A DNA stretch of 64,000 bases from Lachnospiraceae bacterium UBA1729 (GTDB lineage Bacteria > Bacillota > Clostridia > Lachnospirales > Lachnospiraceae), in assembly GCA_002315945.1 (NCBI GenBank), contig DCIJ01000078.1, positions 1,884-65,883 on the forward strand, written 5' to 3'. The notes beneath the pieces were generated by a model. It was not told the DNA's origin, did no database searches, and saw only the letters and a list, made by a program, of their open reading frames with translations. Position 1 is the first letter of the stretch. Each line of letters opens with the position of its first letter. The position numbers and the translations under genes were made by a program. Below, piece after piece: positions 60,236 to 64,000 of the stretch.

Positions 60236-62023
60236 TTATTCAACATCCTGCATTGCTGCGTAATCTTCCTCACCAGTACGAACCTTTACAACTTTCAGTA
60301 CATTGTATACGAAGATCTTTCCATCTCCGATATGACCTGTGTAAAGAGCACGCTTAGCTGCTTCAATTACGTCTGCTACAGGAATCTTGCTGACTACCAC
60401 TTCAACCTTAATCTTAGGAAGAAGAGTTGTATCCATCTCAACTCCACGGTAGAATTCACCAGCACCCTTCTGGATACCACAACCCATTACCTGAGTTACT
60501 GTCATACCGGTTACACCCAGATCGTTCATAGCTTTCTTAAGTGAATCAAACTTGGCAAGCTTTGCAATGATTGTAACCTTGTGCATGCCAGTATTGAAAA
60601 TTGGAACACCGTTTGCATCTGTCTCTGTGCTTGAAGCCACAACAGGAATTGCTGCGTCCTTCTTGAACTCAGTTGCTGTGTCATAGTTACTGTCACCAAG
60701 ATCTGTGTTGTCATTAATATCCATTGTTGCACTCATATCACTGATTGCAAAACCAGCATATGCACTGGGAAGACCATGCTCTGTTGCATCAAGACCAATG
60801 ATTTCTTCCTCTTCAGTAACTCTCAGACCAAATAATGCTTTGATTAAGAAGAATGCTACTGTAATTGTAACTGCTGTCCACAGTGCAACTGCTACAAATC
60901 CGAAAAGCTGAATTCCTAAAAGTTCAAATCCACCACCGTAGAAAAGTCCAACGATTTCTGTTCCTTCTGCATTAGCGATTGAATAACCAGGAGCAGTATT
61001 TGTAGCAAAAAGACCAACTGCCAGTGTACCCCAGATACCGTTCAGGCAGTGAACTGCAACAGCACCTACAGGATCATCAATACGAAGAACATAATCTAAG
61101 AACCATACACCAAAGCAAACCAGAAGTCCTGCTACTGCACCGATTACGATTGCTCCAAATGCATCTGTTACATCACAGGGAGCTGTAATAGCTACAAGAC
61201 CTGCCAATGAAGCATTGAGACACATTGAAACATCAGGCTTGCCATATTTAATCCATGTAAAGATCATACATACTACAGTTGCAATTGCCGGAGCAATTGT
61301 AGTTGTTACAAATACTGAACCAAGCTGTTCTACTGTTGTGCAGGCTGCACCGTTAAATCCGTACCAGCCAAGCCAGAGAATAAATACACCAAGTGCACCA
61401 ATTGGAAGGTTGTGACCAGGGAAAGCATTTACCTTTGTAATCTTGCCACTCTTGTCAGTTACAAACTTACCAATTCTGGGTCCAAGGATTTTTGCACCAA
61501 TCAAAGCTGAAATACCACCAACCATATGAATTGCACAGCTACCTGCGAAATCATGGAAGCCCATCTGAGCTAAGAAGCCGCCGCCCCAAATCCAGTGTGC
61601 TTCAATGGGATAAATCAAAGCTGAAATAATACCAGAATAGATACAGTAGGATAAGAACTTGGTTCTTTCAGCCATGGCACCTGATACGATAGTTGCTGTT
61701 GTTGCACAGAATACCAGGTTGAATACAAAGTTGGACCAGTCAAAGGTTGCATAGCTTGTAAAAATATCAAAACCAGGCTTTCCAATGAAACCACACAGGT
61801 CCTCACCCAACAGAAGTCCAAAACCAATCAGGATGAACACTACTGTACCAATACAGAAGTCCATCAGGTTTTTCATAAGAATGTTGCCGGCATTTTTTGC
61901 TCTGGTAAAACCAGCCTCTACCATTGCAAATCCAGCCTGCATCCAAAATACAAGTGCTGCACCGATTAAGAACCAGACACCAAATACCTGGCCTCCTATT
62001 ACGCTCATAATTTCATCATTCAT
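60236..62023 (-). CDS. amt: Ammonium transporter fused to a C-terminal P-II (GlnK/GlnB-like) domain
   Basis: The Amt core spans about 410 aa (AGFAMVEAGF, HMVGGISAL). A ~70-aa linker follows, then the P-II domain (HKVTIIAK..GVTGMTVTQVMGCGIQKG..FYRG..GDGKIFVY). The ATG at 62023 lies 7 nt after GGGGAG. Confidence 0.85.
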   Translation of the reverse strand: MNDEIMSVIGGQVFGVWFLIGAALVFWMQAGFAMVEAGFTRAKNAGNILMKNLMDFCIGTVVFILIGFGLLLGEDLCGFIGKPGFDIFTSYATFDWSNFVFNLVFCATTATIVSGAMAERTKFLSYCIYSGIISALIYPIEAHWIWGGGFLAQMGFHDFAGSCAIHMVGGISALIGAKILGPRIGKFVTDKSGKITKVNAFPGHNLPIGALGVFILWLGWYGFNGAACTTVEQLGSVFVTTTIAPAIATVVCMIFTWIKYGKPDVSMCLNASLAGLVAITAPCDVTDAFGAIVIGAVAGLLVCFGVWFLDYVLRIDDPVGAVAVHCLNGIWGTLAVGLFATNTAPGYSIANAEGTEIVGLFYGGGFELLGIQLFGFVAVALWTAVTITVAFFLIKALFGLRVTEEEEIIGLDATEHGLPSAYAGFAISDMSATMDINDNTDLGDSNYDTATEFKKDAAIPVVASSTETDANGVPIFNTGMHKVTIIAKLAKFDSLKKAMNDLGVTGMTVTQVMGCGIQKGAGEFYRGVEMDTTLLPKIKVEVVVSKIPVADVIEAAKRALYTGHIGDGKIFVYNVLKVVKVRTGEEDYAAMQDVE

Positions 62024-62039
62024 AATTTTTCTCCCCTGC

Positions 62040-62072
62040 AAAACAGGGCACGTACCCCTTGGTACGCGCCCT
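62040..62072 (-). terminator. Terminator between glnN and amt, abutting the amt RBS
   Basis: Minus-strand hairpin AGGGCGCGTACC-aagg-GGTACGTGCCCT followed by GTTTTG, then immediately CAGGGGAGAAAAATTATG. Confidence 0.7.
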
Positions 62073-62124
62073 TGCGTTTATTTTACTTTATTTAATATGC
62101 AAATCCATGAACCAGCTCTAAACA

Positions 62125-64000
62125 CTATACATAGAACAGCATATCAGCATAGCTTGGATATGGAAGAGCTCCTTCAGGAAGCATTTCCTCTGTAGCATCA
62201 GCAAGCTTACGAACCTTGTCCATATCAGCAATGATTTCTGACTGATAGAATTTAGCAAGCTCAAGTGCATCCTCCATAGCCTCTGCCTTGGCAGTATCTT
62301 CAGCAAGCTTCTCAACTGCTTCGTAGATACCATCATATTTATCAGTAAGCTTCTCAAGAATTGCAACCTCTGTCTTAACTGAAAGACCTGCAAACTGTTT
62401 TTTCTTGGTAGCAACTGTAGCAGCCTTATCAATAGTTTCAAGAACTGCTGGCAGGAACTGATGATTAACCATGTCAATCAGAGTCTTTGCCTCGATATGA
62501 AGTGTCTTTGAGTAGTTCTCAAGGAGGATTTCATATCTTGAATGGATTTCGCTCTCTGTAAAGATATGATGCTTTGTGAAGAGCTTAACATTCTTATCTT
62601 CGATAAATACTGGAAGTACATCCGGAGTTGACTTGTAGTTGTACAGGCCACGCTTAGCAGCTTCTTCAACCCACTCATCTGTATATCCATTACCATTAAA
62701 GATTACTCTCTTGTGCTCGATAATGGTCTTCTTAATCAGTTCGTGTACTGTTTCCTCAATCTTGTCAGCAGGTACATCTTTGATTGCCTCAGCAAAAATG
62801 CTTAAAGCCTCAGCTACTGCTGTATTAAGGATTACGTTAGGTCCTGATACTGAAAGTGATGAACCAAGTGATCTGAACTCGAACTTATTACCTGTAAATG
62901 CGAAAGGTGAAGTTCTGTTTCTATCGGTTGTATCCTTAGTAAAATGAGGAAGAACCTGTGCACCTATATCCATGGAAACCTTCTGCTGTTTGCCGAAGAA
63001 TGTTCCATTTTCAATCGAATCAAGAACTGCTGTCAGTTCATCACCAAGGAAAATTGAAATGATAGCGGGAGGTGCTTCATTTGCTCCAAGGCGATGATCA
63101 TTACCAGCGCTGGCTACTGACAGTCTCATAAGATCTGCATACTTATCAACTGCAGAGATAACCGCTGTCAGGAATACCAAAAACTGAATATTTTCTGCAG
63201 GTGTCTTGCCAGGATCAAGCAGGTTAACACCTGTGTTAGTTGTCATTGACCAGTTGTTGTGCTTACCACTTCCGTTGATGCCATCGAAGGGCTTCTCATG
63301 AAGCAGACATACAAAATCATGTTTGTCAGCAACTTTTTTCATAATTTCCATGGTCAGCTGATTGTGATCAACTGCCACATTAGTTGTATCAAATACCGGA
63401 GCCAGCTCGTGCTGTCCAGGAGCAACTTCGTTGTGTTTTGTCTTGGCAGGGATGCCTAATTTCCAAAGTTCTTCATCAAGCTCATGCATGTAAGCTGCAA
63501 CTCTGGGCTTAAGAGTACCAAAGTAATGATCTTCCATCTCCTGTCCCTTAGGAGGCATTGCACCAAGAAGTGTTCTTCCTGTGAAAATCAAATCTTTTCT
63601 CTTCTTGAAAGCTTCCTTCTCTACTAAGAAGTATTCCTGCTCAGGACCAACTGTTGTTGCTACACTTGATACCTCTGTGTTGCCAAGGAGGTGAAGTACC
63701 TTGGTTGCTTCTCTGTTAAGAGCTTCCATTGAACGAAGAAGAGGAGTCTTTTTATCAAGAGCTTCGCCGCTGTATGAACAGAAGGCTGTTGGAATGCAAA
63801 GTGTTCCATCCTTGATAAAAGCAGGTGATGTAGGATCCCATGCTGTATAGCCTCTTGCTTCAAATGTAGCTCTTAAGCCACCTGAAGGAAAGCTTGATGC
63901 ATCAGGCTCACCCTTAATCAGCTCTTTGCCAGAGAAATCCATGATTACCTCTCCACCTTCGATAGGAGAAATGAAGCTGTCATGCTTCTCTGCTGTAAAA
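62125..64000 (-). CDS. glnN: Glutamine synthetase type III (5' end outside the window)
   Basis: [15 protein letters not shown] and the overall GSIII layout. The frame stays open upstream of the ORF-track Met (63942) to the window edge (..[22 protein letters not shown]..). Confidence 0.85.
   Translation of the reverse strand, partial: FTAEKHDSFISPIEGGEVIMDFSGKELIKGEPDASSFPSGGLRATFEARGYTAWDPTSPAFIKDGTLCIPTAFCSYSGEALDKKTPLLRSMEALNREATKVLHLLGNTEVSSVATTVGPEQEYFLVEKEAFKKRKDLIFTGRTLLGAMPPKGQEMEDHYFGTLKPRVAAYMHELDEELWKLGIPAKTKHNEVAPGQHELAPVFDTTNVAVDHNQLTMEIMKKVADKHDFVCLLHEKPFDGINGSGKHNNWSMTTNTGVNLLDPGKTPAENIQFLVFLTAVISAVDKYADLMRLSVASAGNDHRLGANEAPPAIISIFLGDELTAVLDSIENGTFFGKQQKVSMDIGAQVLPHFTKDTTDRNRTSPFAFTGNKFEFRSLGSSLSVSGPNVILNTAVAEALSIFAEAIKDVPADKIEETVHELIKKTIIEHKRVIFNGNGYTDEWVEEAAKRGLYNYKSTPDVLPVFIEDKNVKLFTKHHIFTESEIHSRYEILLENYSKTLHIEAKTLIDMVNHQFLPAVLETIDKAATVATKKKQFAGLSVKTEVAILEKLTDKYDGIYEAVEKLAEDTAKAEAMEDALELAKFYQSEIIADMDKVRKLADATEEMLPEGALPYPSYADMLFYV

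Overview
This is a chromosomal segment from a low-GC Firmicute, probably a Clostridia or Lachnospiraceae-like gut anaerobe; that assignment rests only on gene content and codon/RBS style. About 55 real CDS are present and almost all are on the minus strand. I saw no rRNA, tRNA, CRISPR array, transposase or integrase. In order, the window holds: (1) 55-11828, a sulfur amino-acid cluster with cysK, patB-like, two Cys/Met PLP enzymes, a polar amino-acid ABC transporter, a GNAT, an M20 hydrolase and two paralogous Xi-class GST-like proteins; (2) an orphan secreted protein, a GH127-like gene and an AraC regulator; (3) 15989-20710, a five-gene operon of circularly permuted ATP-grasp, alpha-E, transglutaminase and two M14/AstE-like deacylases; (4) the DUF1836/DegV pair, an Xre plus membrane-protein pair, a stand-alone condensation-domain-like protein, aroK and yqeK; (5) an HTH plus nucleotidyltransferase TA-like pair, then a preQ1-I riboswitch with queT; (6) an FMN-dependent hydroxyacid oxidoreductase, a 1095-aa SDR-TPR-DUF4037-DUF4125 fusion and an M18 aminopeptidase; (7) an MCP, then a GH51 arabinofuranosidase with a sugar ABC transporter and an ArsR-like regulator; (8) 42.7-46 kb, a small AT-rich islet with a decayed reverse transcriptase, a tightly coupled trio (Toprim-like protein plus two half-size ATPase-like proteins) and an RHH plus Kv-type channel pair; (9) PqqD-like plus an OPT transporter; (10) a nitrogen super-cluster of glnN, amt-PII fusion, pyrG-gltB-gltD, glnA and an ANTAR regulator. 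Two related families of G/C-rich intergenic repeats (cores GAACCCCGTCCCCC and GAACCGTCCCC) run through the first 25 kb. They sit at gene 3' ends, form long palindromic terminators and supply stop codons. The most interesting candidates for undescribed biology are the Toprim-like/split-ATPase trio beside the RT remnant, the extended cpATP-grasp operon with a leader terminator, the repeat families, and the GST-containing sulfur cluster. All domain calls come from motif recognition by eye. No searches were run.
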